Below, in pieces: positions 47,394-58,797 of a stretch of 64,000 bases of DNA. The first letter of the stretch is position 1, and each line of letters opens with the position of its first letter. Under the pieces are notes generated by a model. It was not told the origin of the DNA and did not search any database. It worked only from the letters and a program-made list of their open reading frames with translations. The stretch comes from Desulfobacterales bacterium (GTDB taxonomy: Bacteria > Desulfobacterota > Desulfobacteria > Desulfobacterales > UBA5616), in contig JAWODC010000090.1 in assembly GCA_046483495.1 (NCBI GenBank), positions 1-64,000 on the forward strand. Direction: 5' to 3'. The position numbers and the translations under genes are program-made.

Positions 47394-47931
47394 AGGCTGT
47401 GTATGGGTCTGGATGGGTGCAAGCACCATCCGTTGTTGCTCAGGCGCCTTCATAAGCGCCGAATGCGGAAATGAATCACGGCATTCGGCGGACGTTACCA
47501 AAATAAATCGCCCCTCGTCAAGGTGTTTTTCCCCCTTCCCGGATTGCCCCATCAAGCCCGCCCGGCGGCGGCAAATGGAACCGGCATCGCCGCAAAGCCA
47601 ATCCGCTCCGCCTCGAAAAAAAAACCCGATAACCCTTGAAAAAATAAAATCATTCCTTATTATTCACAAGACGCTCGAATTGCGGGACGCCGGATTATTT
47701 GAATTCGGCTTTCGGGTCTTACATCGAACCGGGACGTCATAACTCCCGAAAGATGAATTTTTCATTTATTTATCCTGCGGATTCGACTAAACGCCCGGCT
47801 CGGTGCGTCGAAGTTCGGCCGGCCTTTATTTGGTGTTTGATTTCTTTTTTCAACGTGTGTTATAGGTTGAATTCTCCGAAATGGAGAACTCCGCCTGCTG
47901 TCGGAAAAATGGACAGGCGGAATCCGATAAT

Positions 47932-48936
47932 ATGGCAGAAGAACAAAAACAAGATACCTTAAGCTTTTCAGACAATGAATCGGCCAGGCAACTGTTTGGG
48001 GAGCACAACAGCAATCTTCAACGGATTGCCGGTGCCTTCGGTGTCGACATCCATGCCAGAGGAAACATGGTGTTTATCAAAGGAGACACCGCCGGAAGCG
48101 AGCTGGCACGCAATGTACTGCAGCAGCTATACGGGTTGTTGAAAGAAGCTTATCCGATTTATTCTCCGGATGTTGACCACGCCATTCGAATTCTCAGTGC
48201 GGATCCTCGTGCCAAACTGAAGGACATTTTTCTCGACACCGTATTCATTACCTCAAAAAAACGACACATTACTCCGAAAAGCCGATCCCAGAAGGATTAT
48301 ATCGACGCCATTCGTTCGCATGACATGGTTTTCGGAATCGGACCCGCCGGAACCGGAAAAACGTATTTGGCCATGGCCATGGCGGTAGAGGCTCTGTCGA
48401 AGGCAAAGGTCAGCCGTATCATTTTGACCCGGCCGGCCGTGGAAGCCGGTGAAGCGCTGGGGTTTTTGCCCGGAGATCTGGCTGAAAAAGTCGATCCTTA
48501 TCTACGGCCCCTGTACGATGCACTTCACGATATGATGCGATTCGAAAAAATATCCAATTTGATGCAGCAAGGCGTTATCGAAGTCGCACCATTGGCGTTT
48601 ATGCGGGGCAGAACCCTTAATGACGCCTTCGTTATTTTAGACGAAGCGCAAAATACCACATCGGAACAGATGAAGATGTTTTTGACACGAATCGGATTTT
48701 CATCCAAAGCCGTAATCACCGGCGATATCACCCAGACCGACCTTCCGAGCGGGAAACCATCGGGTTTGATCGAGTCCAAAAACATTTTGCAGGACATCGA
48801 AGGAATTCAATTTATTTATTTTTCAAAAATCGATGTGGTCCGACATAAACTGGTTCAAAAAATTATCAACGCCTATGAAGAACACGAGGCACGCCGCGAC
48901 CGCAAAGAGCAGATTTCACAGAACCCACTGATATGA
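47932..48936 (+). CDS. phoH: PhoH family ATPase
   Basis: GPAGTGKTYLA, RPAVEAGE.LGFLPGD, MRGRTL, DEAQN. Confidence 0.95.
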   Translation: MAEEQKQDTLSFSDNESARQLFGEHNSNLQRIAGAFGVDIHARGNMVFIKGDTAGSELARNVLQQLYGLLKEAYPIYSPDVDHAIRILSADPRAKLKDIFLDTVFITSKKRHITPKSRSQKDYIDAIRSHDMVFGIGPAGTGKTYLAMAMAVEALSKAKVSRIILTRPAVEAGEALGFLPGDLAEKVDPYLRPLYDALHDMMRFEKISNLMQQGVIEVAPLAFMRGRTLNDAFVILDEAQNTTSEQMKMFLTRIGFSSKAVITGDITQTDLPSGKPSGLIESKNILQDIEGIQFIYFSKIDVVRHKLVQKIINAYEEHEARRDRKEQISQNPLI

Positions 48937-49008
48937 TGCGCATTTTTTTCATGTACTCCCTGTTTTGATGTCGTGTTGTGCATCGAAATGCGCGGATGAT
49001 AAAAGCCT

Positions 49009-51414
49009 ATGAAGCTTGAAAGAAACAAAGACGCTGTTCGAAAAGCGCTGGAAACGAGCAATTTTATCCGATTCGCCATGCTCCTTTTGATCACCGTCAT
49101 CTTCACTATCATTCTCTATCCGGACCTGGTCATGCAGGCAACCCATTATTCATTGGGGGATGTGGCGGAAAAGGACATAAAGTCTCCGATTGACTATTTC
49201 ATAGAGGACAGGGACGCAACACTCGAAAAGCGGAAGGCTGCCGAGGATCAGGTGCTGACTGTCTATGACTACAACTCCTCTCTTGCTTCGAAGCTGACCG
49301 GCAGGGTTTCCGATGCCTTCGAGCATTTGCGAAAAATGATATCGGCCGGTGAGCCTCCTGCAGAATCACCCCTGTTGGAAAATCCCAAACAGCCGGGTTC
49401 AGGCTTATACTCCGAACAGATTACCGAAGGCGACAGGGCCCCTAAGGCGATTTTCGAAGAAAAACTCGGCATGTCCATCAGCGAAGGGGCCTTCACCATC
49501 CTTGAAAAGGAAGGGTTCTCCGCAGACATCAGCCAACTGATCAACCGCATTTTAATCGAAATTTTGCATAACGGCGTTGTCACGAACAAGGAGCTTTTGT
49601 TAAACGAGTATGACAAGGGCATCATTCTTCGCGATATCGAGTCCCAAACCGAAAGGGTCGAGACGGGCTTGAAATCCTTCTACGGTCTCGATCAGGCCAA
49701 AGCGATGGTCCGTATTATCGGGCAACCGCTGTTGCGGAACGTCGGCTATACCGTGAGAAATCTTATCGTCGATTTTGCCCAGCGGTTCATCCAGCCGAAC
49801 ATTACACTGAATATCAATGAGACCGAACTGAGGAAGAACAACGCCGTCTCCCGGATAAGACCCATTATGTATAAAATCAAATCCGGAGAGATGCTGCTTA
49901 GAGAAGGTGAGCGGGTCACTGAATTCCAGCTCCTGAAATTAAGAGCCCTTCAGGATACCCTGCGCAACAAAAATCTCTTCAAAAACAGCATCGGCGGTGC
50001 CTCGATCATCCTGTCGGTGCTGCTCATCATTTATGTCTTATATGTGAATATCGAAAAGGATTCGGCGCTTCGCAACAATAAGAATCTGTTTTTTCTCTCC
50101 TGCATGCTCATTATGTTTTTTGTCTTCGCAAAATTTTCCGCCACTTTCATGGATACGATGATTCATGACACGACCTTGTCCATTCCGGCAAATATCACCA
50201 TTTTTGGAATACCGGCGGCAGCCGGCGCCATGGTGGTGTGCATCTTCATGGGTTTGAATCTTGCTGTGGCGTTTTCCCTGGTACTTTCACTTTCCATGGC
50301 GGCTTTGTTCCAAAATGGCTTTGTCGTTTTTCTGTATCATTTTCTGAACAGCATTATGGCCGCCTACTGGATTCAGGATTGCAGGGAGAGGAAGGCGTTT
50401 ATCAAGGCGGGACTCAAACTCGGGGTGCTGAACATCCTGCTGGTCACGGTATTCTCCATTTATGCCGACGAAACCTCCGGGTACCGGCTCCCATGGAGTT
50501 ACGCATTTGCATTTTTGGGCGGGATCGGCAGCGGCATCATCGTTTCCGGGCTCGCGCCTCTTATTGAAATTGCTTTCGGCTACAGCACGAATATCACACT
50601 GCTCGAATTAGCCAACCTGGAACGGCCGATTTTAAAGCGCCTGATGCTGGAGGCGCCGGGCACCTATCATCATTCCGTCATTGTCGGCTCCATGGTGGAA
50701 GCCGCCGCATCCGCCATCGGCGCCAATCCGCTTCTGGCCAAGGTATGCGGCTACTATCACGATATCGGCAAAATCAAGAAGCCGTTGTATTTCATTGAAA
50801 ACCAATCCAACGGCCCAAACCGGCACAATAAACTGGCACCTTCCATGTCCAGCCTCATCCTGATTTCCCATGTCAAAGAAGGCGTTGAAATCGCCAAAAA
50901 GCATAAACTGGGTCATAGCATTATCGAAACGATCAAACAGCATCACGGCACGAGCCTGATCACCTACTTTTACGAAAAAGCCAAGCAGATGAAAGGAAAA
51001 GATGCCGTAAAAATCGATGACTTCCGCTACCCCGGACCGAAACCCCAGACCGTCGAGGCGGGCCTCGTCATGCTGGCGGATGTGGTCGAGGCTTCCGCCA
51101 GAACGCTCGAGAACCCGACACCTTCACGAATTCAGGGGCATGTTCAAAATCTCATCAACAAGGTTTTTTCCGACGGGCAGCTCGATGCATGTGAACTGAC
51201 ATTGAAAGACCTTCACAATATTGCAAAAAGCTTCAATAAAATTCTAAACGGCATTTATCATCACCGCGTCGAATACTCGGAAAAGAGCCTCTTGAGCAAT
51301 GGAAAGGCCGTTAATGGGAGTACTGATCGACAACAGGCAAAAAAAATTCAAAGTGCCGATAAAGACACTAAGGTCGAAAACGCAGGCCGTCTTAAACGCC
51401 TTGGGTTGTCCTGA
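49009..51414 (+). CDS. 7TM-HD phosphohydrolase (PgpH-like)
   Basis: Extracytoplasmic domain, TM helices, APGTYHHS, YYHDIGK, QHHGT, MLAD. Confidence 0.9.
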   Translation: MKLERNKDAVRKALETSNFIRFAMLLLITVIFTIILYPDLVMQATHYSLGDVAEKDIKSPIDYFIEDRDATLEKRKAAEDQVLTVYDYNSSLASKLTGRVSDAFEHLRKMISAGEPPAESPLLENPKQPGSGLYSEQITEGDRAPKAIFEEKLGMSISEGAFTILEKEGFSADISQLINRILIEILHNGVVTNKELLLNEYDKGIILRDIESQTERVETGLKSFYGLDQAKAMVRIIGQPLLRNVGYTVRNLIVDFAQRFIQPNITLNINETELRKNNAVSRIRPIMYKIKSGEMLLREGERVTEFQLLKLRALQDTLRNKNLFKNSIGGASIILSVLLIIYVLYVNIEKDSALRNNKNLFFLSCMLIMFFVFAKFSATFMDTMIHDTTLSIPANITIFGIPAAAGAMVVCIFMGLNLAVAFSLVLSLSMAALFQNGFVVFLYHFLNSIMAAYWIQDCRERKAFIKAGLKLGVLNILLVTVFSIYADETSGYRLPWSYAFAFLGGIGSGIIVSGLAPLIEIAFGYSTNITLLELANLERPILKRLMLEAPGTYHHSVIVGSMVEAAASAIGANPLLAKVCGYYHDIGKIKKPLYFIENQSNGPNRHNKLAPSMSSLILISHVKEGVEIAKKHKLGHSIIETIKQHHGTSLITYFYEKAKQMKGKDAVKIDDFRYPGPKPQTVEAGLVMLADVVEASARTLENPTPSRIQGHVQNLINKVFSDGQLDACELTLKDLHNIAKSFNKILNGIYHHRVEYSEKSLLSNGKAVNGSTDRQQAKKIQSADKDTKVENAGRLKRLGLS

Positions 51415-51754
51415 CAAGGAATTATCCATGGTTATCACCGATGATGACGGCATACAACAGTTGAACAAGGCGTATCTTTTCAGGGATCGACCGACGAATG
51501 TGATTGCATTTCCCATGCAGGAAGGCGACTTCCCGCATGTTTCTCCGGATATGCTCGGCGATGTCGTGATCTCGGCCGAAACAGCGGCCAGAGAGGCCCA
51601 GAACGCCGGTATGGGTTTCATGGAGCGGTTCGATGAATTGGTTGTCCATGGGATACTGCATCTGCTGGGATATGATCACGAAAAAAACGAGAAAGAAGCT
51701 GCTGAAATGAGGAAAAAAAGCATCGAGATGCTCAAAGCCGTTTCCAGGTTATAA
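51314..51754 (+). CDS. ybeY: rRNA maturation endoribonuclease YbeY
   Basis: PTNVIAF, LGDVVIS, VHGILHLLGYDH. Confidence 0.95.
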   Translation: MGVLIDNRQKKFKVPIKTLRSKTQAVLNALGCPDKELSMVITDDDGIQQLNKAYLFRDRPTNVIAFPMQEGDFPHVSPDMLGDVVISAETAAREAQNAGMGFMERFDELVVHGILHLLGYDHEKNEKEAAEMRKKSIEMLKAVSRL

Positions 51755-51896
51755 GCGGGCACCCCGATGAAAAACACGCGGCGGCAAAACGCGAGCTTGC
51801 GGTTTTTTTCATTTTCGATATCTTGTACCTACACAAAATCGGCTGTCGACGCCTGATTCACCGATCCCCTTGCCGGGATTTTTTTTGTTAAAGACT

Positions 51897-52400
51897 ATGA
51901 AAGCAAACGACCCCGATTTCATCGTTACCACCCATGGTACGGACCATACGCGATTGGTGGCGGAAAAAATCGGCGCTGTTCTGTCGTCGGGATTGGTCAT
52001 TGCTTTAACCGGGGATTTGGGCAGCGGTAAAACCGCATTCGTTCAAGGACTTGCAAAAGGTCTTGAAGTTTCCGAAAAATATTATATAAACAGCCCCACC
52101 TATACTCTTTTGAATGAATACCGTGGAAGAATGCTGTTGGCGCACGCGGACCTCTACCGACTGGATTTCGGCGATGACATCGAGAGCATCGGCTTGTTCG
52201 ATATGCCTGATCGGCATTGCGTAATTGCCATTGAATGGGCCGACAAGCTGGATGGCAGGGATTTTGATGAATATCTCTCCGTGCACATCGAAATCCGCGA
52301 CGAAAACAGCCGGGCCCTCGCCTTTACAGCGCACGGCGGATATCCGAAGATGGTGATTGACTTGCTTAGAACAAAGTTCAAGGAGCTCAAATGGCTTTGA
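51897..52400 (+). CDS. tsaE: tRNA t6A biosynthesis ATPase TsaE
   Basis: LTGDLGSGKT, SPTYTL, HADLYRL, IEWA. Confidence 0.95.
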   Translation: MKANDPDFIVTTHGTDHTRLVAEKIGAVLSSGLVIALTGDLGSGKTAFVQGLAKGLEVSEKYYINSPTYTLLNEYRGRMLLAHADLYRLDFGDDIESIGLFDMPDRHCVIAIEWADKLDGRDFDEYLSVHIEIRDENSRALAFTAHGGYPKMVIDLLRTKFKELKWL

Positions 52401-53617
52401 TCGTTCAGAAATACGGCGGCACCTCAGTCGCCGATATCGATCGCATACGCAATGTGGCAAAACAGGTATCGAAAACATACGATGACGGAAACGATGTGGT
52501 GGTGGTCCTGTCCGCCATGGCCGGGGTTACCGACAACCTGATTGGTCAGGCGCATCAGATTTCGGACAGGCCGGACAAACGGGAGTTGGACGTGCTGTTG
52601 ACCACGGGTGAACAAACGACGGCCGCGCTGTTGGCCATGACCCTTTTGTCGATGAATTATCCTGCGATATCCCTCCTGGGTCACCAGGCGGAAGTGGTCA
52701 CCGACTGCACGCACGGTGATGCCCGTATTCTGGATATCGGGGCACATCGCATCGAGGAAATGGTGGCGCAGCATAAGATCGTCATCGTCGCAGGGTTTCA
52801 GGGATGCACGGAAAATGGTGATATCACCACGTTGGGCCGAGGGGGATCGGATACATCGGCGGTTGCCATTGCAGCGGCTATACATGCGGATGTATGCGAA
52901 ATTTACACCGATGTAGACGGCATTTATACCACCGATCCCAATATCTGCGCAAAAGCCAGGAAAATGAAGCGCATCTGCTTCGAAGAAATGCTTGAAATGG
53001 CCAGTCTCGGGGCCAAGGTGCTGCAGATTCGATCGGTTGAATTCGCTAAAAAATACAATGTCCCCGTCCATGTCAGGTCATCTTTTAACGAGGAGGAAGG
53101 AACCATGATGGTGAATGAAGAAGATGTAATGGAAAGGCTCGTCGTCTCGGGCATCACCTGCAATAAAAACGAGGCGCGAATCACTCTGCGAAAGGTTCCG
53201 GACCAACCGGGCATTGCGGCCAAGGTGTTCGGCCCCATAGCCGATGCCAACATCCTGGTGGACATGATCATTCAGAATACGCGACAGGGCGGGCAGACCG
53301 ACCTGACGTTCACCGTACCGGAAAAAGACTACGAATCCGCCATGGCGATCGCCCGACAGATTGCAGGTCGGATAGAGGCTGAAGACGTTCTGGGCGATAC
53401 CGATATCGCCAAGGTCTCGGTGGTCGGCGTGGGGATGAAAAATCATGCCGGTGTAGCGGCGAAAATGTTTTCAACCCTTGCCGCTGAAAACATCAACATC
53501 CGCTTGATCACCACTTCTGAAATACGGATATCTTGTGTGATAACCGAAAAGTATGCCGAACTTGCCGTCAGGGCGCTTCACGAGGCTTTCGGATTGGACA
53601 CGGATGAAAGCGTTTAA
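52391..53617 (+). CDS. lysC: Aspartate kinase
   Basis: VQKYGGTSV, TTLGRGGSD, DVDGIYTTDP, two ACT domains. Confidence 0.95.
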   Translation: MALIVQKYGGTSVADIDRIRNVAKQVSKTYDDGNDVVVVLSAMAGVTDNLIGQAHQISDRPDKRELDVLLTTGEQTTAALLAMTLLSMNYPAISLLGHQAEVVTDCTHGDARILDIGAHRIEEMVAQHKIVIVAGFQGCTENGDITTLGRGGSDTSAVAIAAAIHADVCEIYTDVDGIYTTDPNICAKARKMKRICFEEMLEMASLGAKVLQIRSVEFAKKYNVPVHVRSSFNEEEGTMMVNEEDVMERLVVSGITCNKNEARITLRKVPDQPGIAAKVFGPIADANILVDMIIQNTRQGGQTDLTFTVPEKDYESAMAIARQIAGRIEAEDVLGDTDIAKVSVVGVGMKNHAGVAAKMFSTLAAENINIRLITTSEIRISCVITEKYAELAVRALHEAFGLDTDESV

Positions 53618-53704
53618 TCGCTACCAGCAGGTCCTGGTTTTGTTTCTGGCGGCGGTGATTGCCTTTCTTATTTTTTGTCGTTCGTTTTATACGGAAAGGA
53701 TGTA

Positions 53705-55309
53705 ATGGGCAACGGCACTGCTATCGATGCAACAAAACGAAACGACCGAATCGCACATGCCGAATGTGATCATTTCGATGTGGCCGTTATCGGAGCCGGC
53801 ATCACGGGCTGCGGCATCGCCCGGGAAACGGCCATGCGCGGCATGCGCACCCTGCTCGTTGATGCCGATGATATCGGTTCGGGAACTTCCAGCCGTTCAT
53901 CGAAACTCATTCACGGCGGATTGCGCTATCTGGCACAGGGCCAGATGACGGTCGTTCGGGAAGCCGCCCGGGAACGGCGGATTCTAAGAAGAATAGCGCC
54001 CCATCTTTCCCTGACGAATATCATGGTCGTGTTGGCCCATTCCAAAAAATCCATCAACGTTCTCAGAACCGGCATGTGGACCTATGAAACAATGGGGGGC
54101 GTCGATTCGGGCGAACGCCATCGATTGTGGACTCCTGAAGAAGTGAATGCCAAAGAACCGGCTGTTCGATGGGACGCATTTGCCGGTGCGATCGTGTATC
54201 CGGAATACCTGACGGACGATGCCCGTTTGACATTGGCCAATGCCCGGAGTGCAGCGGGATGCGGGGCTGTTGTCATCAACTACATGGCCGTGACGGATGT
54301 GCTGTTCGAAAACGGCGCCGTTTCGGGACTGGTGCTGCAGAACACAGCCGGTGATGACGCTCAAAGGGTTCGAATCAGGGCTCGGAAAGTGGTCAATGCA
54401 GCGGGCCCATGGGTCGATGCCGTTCGAAAATTCGAGGATCCCGATGCCGAGGACAAGCTCCAGTTGACCAAGGGGATTCATCTGGTGGTATCGCGCACCC
54501 GCCTTCCGCTCCACCATACCGTTGTGTGGGCGGCAGCCGACGGCAGAGGCCTCTTTGCCGTACCGAGGGGCCGGTTCGTTTACATCGGTACGACGGATAC
54601 CTTTTTCTCGATTCCGGTATACTGGCCTGAAATCACCCGGGATGATGTCGGTTATCTCCTCGAATCCACGAATCGGACGTTTGCCGTCGACCCGCTGCGG
54701 GACGCGGACATTCTTGCGCTGTGGTCCGGCATCCGACCCCTGCTGGGCGCCAAAGGTAAGAAACCGTCCGAAATATCCCGCCGAAACGAGATTCTCAAAG
54801 GACCGGGCGGCATGTTGACCATCGCCGGCGGCAAACTGACCAGTTACCGGGCCATGGCACAACGGACGGCGGACCAGATCGAAAAGGATCTCGGCAGAAG
54901 TGTTTCCCCATCGAGAACCGGGGAAGAGCCGCTTCCGGGCGGCGATTTTACCGAACCGTTCGAAAACCTGAAAGCCCGTGTCGCCAAACTCGGATTGCCG
55001 GAAGACGAAGCCGAGCGGGCCGCCAATCTGTATGGCACGGAAGCCCTCGACCTGTTTTCAAACGGGACCGGACCGGCCGTGGAGGCCGAGTTCGCTGTAA
55101 AGACCGAGGGGGCTCTCCTGCTGGAAGATTACTGGATCAGGCGGAGCGCCCGATCCTATTTCGATGAAAACTGCGGGTTCGGCGCGCTGATTCCGGCCTC
55201 CAGGAAAATGGGTGAATTGCTGAACTGGTCCGAAGCATTCCGCAGTAAACAGGTGAATGCATGTAAGCACAAAAAAGATGCAACCTTTTCGGTTATCCAA
55301 TGCGAATGA
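53705..55309 (+). CDS. FAD-dependent glycerol-3-phosphate dehydrogenase/oxidase
   Basis: IGAGITG, GTSSRSSKLIHGGLRYL, DDARL, NAAGPW, GGKLT. Confidence 0.9.
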   Translation: MGNGTAIDATKRNDRIAHAECDHFDVAVIGAGITGCGIARETAMRGMRTLLVDADDIGSGTSSRSSKLIHGGLRYLAQGQMTVVREAARERRILRRIAPHLSLTNIMVVLAHSKKSINVLRTGMWTYETMGGVDSGERHRLWTPEEVNAKEPAVRWDAFAGAIVYPEYLTDDARLTLANARSAAGCGAVVINYMAVTDVLFENGAVSGLVLQNTAGDDAQRVRIRARKVVNAAGPWVDAVRKFEDPDAEDKLQLTKGIHLVVSRTRLPLHHTVVWAAADGRGLFAVPRGRFVYIGTTDTFFSIPVYWPEITRDDVGYLLESTNRTFAVDPLRDADILALWSGIRPLLGAKGKKPSEISRRNEILKGPGGMLTIAGGKLTSYRAMAQRTADQIEKDLGRSVSPSRTGEEPLPGGDFTEPFENLKARVAKLGLPEDEAERAANLYGTEALDLFSNGTGPAVEAEFAVKTEGALLLEDYWIRRSARSYFDENCGFGALIPASRKMGELLNWSEAFRSKQVNACKHKKDATFSVIQCE

Positions 55310-55349
55310 TGACGGTTTCCGTTCAATCGAAATTTCCAATCGCTGACAT

Positions 55350-56267
55350 ATGGATATCATCAATACCATTGTTCCCATCTTTTCCGTGATATTCATCGGA
55401 TGGTTCGCCCATCGTAAGCACTTTTTCCCCCGATCGTTTCTTGAACCCGCCAACCGCATCGTATTTTACATCGCGATACCGGCTATGATTTTCAGGGCTG
55501 TTTCAAACACCTCCTTTTCCAGGAATTTCAATCCGGATCTACTGGCCGTCGCCCTCATTTCCCTGACCCTGATTTATCTTTTGTCATGGGCGGGCGGTGT
55601 TTTTCTCAACCTGAAAAAGGGAAGCCTGGGCAGTTTTGTTCAGAGTTCATCCCACTGCAACATCGGATATATCGCCTTTGCCGTGGCGTTTTACTACCTC
55701 GGGCAGGAAGGGCTTGCAGCGACAGGCCTGTTTGCCGGATTTATCATGATTCTTCAGAATCTATACTCGGTCACGGCATTGACCGCCGCGAGGAAGGACG
55801 GTTTCGGTAACGGGGAGATATTCAGAATGGCCAAACAGGTGGTGCTGAACCCGATCATCTTATCGGCAGCCCTGGGAATTGTATTTTCAGCAGCCGAAAT
55901 TCCTCTTCCCGTTTTTGCTTCGCGGGCGTTGGATATTTTGGGCGGCATGGGGCTTCCCACGGCACTTCTCATTATCGGGGCTTCCCTGTCGCCGGAAAAG
56001 ATTCGAACGGGCTTTTGGGTCGTTGCCGCATCCTGTTTCATCAAGCTGGTCCTGCTTCCGGCGATTTCCCTCGGGTTGTTTGCCTTTTGGGGCATATCCG
56101 GTGAAGAGCGCCTGCCCATTCTGATCATACTCGCCTCCCCCACCGCTACCGTTGCTTATGTTATGGCCGGTGAAATGGGTGGTGACGCCAATCTTGCCGC
56201 CGCCGTCATAAGCCTGTGCACCATCCTTTCGTCCATTACCTTTCTTTTTTGGCTGAATATGGTTTAG
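55350..56267 (+). CDS. AEC family transporter
   Basis: About 10 hydrophobic segments, YIAIPAMIF, LNPII, SPTA...MGGD..LAA. Confidence 0.88.
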   Translation: MDIINTIVPIFSVIFIGWFAHRKHFFPRSFLEPANRIVFYIAIPAMIFRAVSNTSFSRNFNPDLLAVALISLTLIYLLSWAGGVFLNLKKGSLGSFVQSSSHCNIGYIAFAVAFYYLGQEGLAATGLFAGFIMILQNLYSVTALTAARKDGFGNGEIFRMAKQVVLNPIILSAALGIVFSAAEIPLPVFASRALDILGGMGLPTALLIIGASLSPEKIRTGFWVVAASCFIKLVLLPAISLGLFAFWGISGEERLPILIILASPTATVAYVMAGEMGGDANLAAAVISLCTILSSITFLFWLNMV

Positions 56268-56279
56268 GCGGGCCTTTGT

Positions 56280-56340
56280 TCTCCCGCAGAGGCGCAGAAA
56301 GATCAGTCATTCTCTGTGCGCCCTGCGTCTCTGCGGGAGA
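56280..56340. repeat. REP-like palindrome / possible bidirectional terminator between convergent genes
   Basis: TCTCCCGCAGAGGCGCAG...CTGCGTCTCTGCGGGAGA (18-bp arms, one G-T pair) abutting the pyrF stop. Confidence 0.7.
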
Positions 56341-57066
56341 CTACCTTGCGAGTCCTTCGTCAATGGCTTCTGTGATGTGCCGAACGGCCGCAACAGGATC
56401 GGCCGCATCCCGGATGGGCCTGCCGATTACCAGGTAATCGGAACCGGACCGCACAGCATCGGCCGGTGTGGCCACACGCTTCTGGTCGTCCATGGAAACG
56501 GAATCCGCCTCGAGTCGTATACCGGGTGTAACGGCCAGAAAATCCCGCCCCAAAGCCGTTTTTATGGCGGCCGTTTCCCGCCCCGAACATACGACACCGG
56601 CACAGCCGGCTTCCTTCGCGGCGGCCGCCCTTTTCAACACCAGGCGGGTCGGATCATCGGCGAATGCATCATTGTATCCGGCCAGAGCAAGATCCTTTCC
56701 GGAAACGCTCGTCAGCACGGTTACCCCCAACACCTTCAAGCGCTCACGGCTGCCGGCAACCGCCGCTTTCAGCATTTCGGTGGATTCGCCGCAATGCACC
56801 GTGGCAAACGCGACCCCCAATTCCGCCGTACGGGCCATGGCCCGCTCTACTGTAGCCGGAATGTCATGAAGCTTCAAATCGAGAAATATGCCGGCGTCGC
56901 CCTCCATGGTGATCATCTTGACGATATCGGGTCCGCAGTGGATAAAAAGCTCGAGCCCGACTTTGAACATGCCGACATGGGGGGACAGCAGCTTAACATA
57001 GTGCCGTGCTGTCTGAAACGTCGGGACATCCAGGGGAAAGATGATATATTCCTTTGCGCGCTTCAC
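56341..57066 (-). CDS. pyrF: Orotidine-5'-phosphate decarboxylase
   Basis: FKVGLEL, IFLDLKLHDIPATV, VTVLTS, VTPGIR, VIGRPI. Confidence 0.96.
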   Translation of the reverse strand: MKRAKEYIIFPLDVPTFQTARHYVKLLSPHVGMFKVGLELFIHCGPDIVKMITMEGDAGIFLDLKLHDIPATVERAMARTAELGVAFATVHCGESTEMLKAAVAGSRERLKVLGVTVLTSVSGKDLALAGYNDAFADDPTRLVLKRAAAAKEAGCAGVVCSGRETAAIKTALGRDFLAVTPGIRLEADSVSMDDQKRVATPADAVRSGSDYLVIGRPIRDAADPVAAVRHITEAIDEGLAR

Positions 57067-58787
57067 AGCACCTCGCCTTCGATGATGTCATTGTGGCAGT
57101 CGATAACCTTCATATCATCGGACATGATGCAACTCAAGGCGGCGGACACACGCGCGGAGGCTTTTGTCAGGAAAACGGCGGCGGTTTTTTTCTTCAGATC
57201 GGATGCCGTCGCATCTCTGCACATCAAATAGGCAAGGACGGTATCGGTAGCGATCTCCACTAGTCGCCGGGCGTGGTATTCCTGGAATTCCGGTTGCTTC
57301 TTTTCCTTGACATGGGATACGGCCGTCTCCAGATGCCGACGCAAATTCGAGGCTGTTTCAAAGAGATCCGGAATCCGGGAAACGTCCGTCCGGGTTTCCC
57401 AATCATTGAGCCGCTCGGTCACCACACCCCCCATGACACCGCCGATGGCCGCGACAACCTGAAGCTGGGTGGTGCCTTCGTAAATGCTGGTGATCCGGGC
57501 ATCCCGCCAAAGGCGCTCAACCGGAAACTCACAGGTATATCCCACGCCCCCGTGAACCTGTATCGCATCATAGCAGATCCGGTTGGCCGCTTCCGCTGCA
57601 TATGCCTTGACCATAGGCGTGAACAGGGCCGCATACCTGGCATACCGCTTGGCGTCTTCCTTCACGTTTTCCCGGCTTACCGGAACGTCTTCCATGTAAT
57701 GTTCGATGCCCTCCTTAATGTCGACTATCCTGGAAGTTTCGTAAAGGAGGGTTCGGGCGGCCTCTATGGTGACTTTCATATCCGTGAGCATTTCATAAAC
57801 CGCTGAGAATTCACGGATAGGTCTTTTAAACTGGACCCTGGAAGCGGCATATCGGCGAGCCTCCCGAAAGGCCGATTCAGCGATCCCGACCGCTTGAGCC
57901 GCAACACCGAGGCGGGCGCCGTTCATCAGAGACATCGTATATTTCACCAGGCCCATCTTTCGCTTGCCAAGCAGCTCCGCCGGTGCATTGTCGAACTGGA
58001 TTTCACAGGTGGGAGACCCATGGATACCCAGCTTATGCTCGATCCGACGGATCTTCATACGGTCATCCCGTTCGTAGATAAACAAGGATACGCCCCGCCC
58101 CCCGGAGGATCCTTCTTCGGAACGGGCCATGACCAGGGAAATGTCGGCGCATCCGTTGGTAATAAACCGTTTTACGCCGTTTAACAGCCATGTGCCGTCT
58201 TCATTTTCATGGGCTTTCATGACGATGGACTGCAGATCGGAACCCGCATCCGGTTCGGTCAACGCCATGGCACCCATAACCTCGCCTGCGGCGAACCGCG
58301 GCAGAAAACGTTCTTTCTGGTCCTCGGAGCCGAAATTGCAAATGGTGTCCGCGATCTCTTGAAGACCGAAAATATTCATCAGTGCGGCGTCTGCGCGGGA
58401 TATCATCTCGATGGCCATGGAATAAACGGTTTTCGGCATATTGATGCCCCCGTATTTCCGTGGAAGGGTAAACCCCGTCAAATCGGATTTTTTGAGCCGA
58501 TCCAAGGCCTCGAGCGTTCCCGGCGCATACACCACCTCACCATCCTTGAACATCGCGCCGACCGCATCGACCTCGGCCGCCCGCGGAGCCACAAAATCGC
58601 CGGCGATCTCACCCACAATGTCGAGGACGCGGTGGTAATTGTCCCTGGCGTCATCGGCATCCTTCGGCGCATAAGGAAATTCATCCTTTTCTTCAAAATT
58701 GTTTTCCCTGAGTTCGATAATCCTGGAAAGGTCCATCTGCTTCATATGGAATAGAATGTCAGGATTGTCTCTATAGAAATTCGGCAC
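57063..58787 (-). CDS. Acyl-CoA dehydrogenase (long form)
   Basis: LTEPDAGSD, NGVKRFITNG, KLGIHGSPTC, RITSIYEGTTQ. Confidence 0.93.
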   Translation of the reverse strand: MPNFYRDNPDILFHMKQMDLSRIIELRENNFEEKDEFPYAPKDADDARDNYHRVLDIVGEIAGDFVAPRAAEVDAVGAMFKDGEVVYAPGTLEALDRLKKSDLTGFTLPRKYGGINMPKTVYSMAIEMISRADAALMNIFGLQEIADTICNFGSEDQKERFLPRFAAGEVMGAMALTEPDAGSDLQSIVMKAHENEDGTWLLNGVKRFITNGCADISLVMARSEEGSSGGRGVSLFIYERDDRMKIRRIEHKLGIHGSPTCEIQFDNAPAELLGKRKMGLVKYTMSLMNGARLGVAAQAVGIAESAFREARRYAASRVQFKRPIREFSAVYEMLTDMKVTIEAARTLLYETSRIVDIKEGIEHYMEDVPVSRENVKEDAKRYARYAALFTPMVKAYAAEAANRICYDAIQVHGGVGYTCEFPVERLWRDARITSIYEGTTQLQVVAAIGGVMGGVVTERLNDWETRTDVSRIPDLFETASNLRRHLETAVSHVKEKKQPEFQEYHARRLVEIATDTVLAYLMCRDATASDLKKKTAAVFLTKASARVSAALSCIMSDDMKVIDCHNDIIEGEVL

Positions 58788-58797
58788 CGGCTCCTCC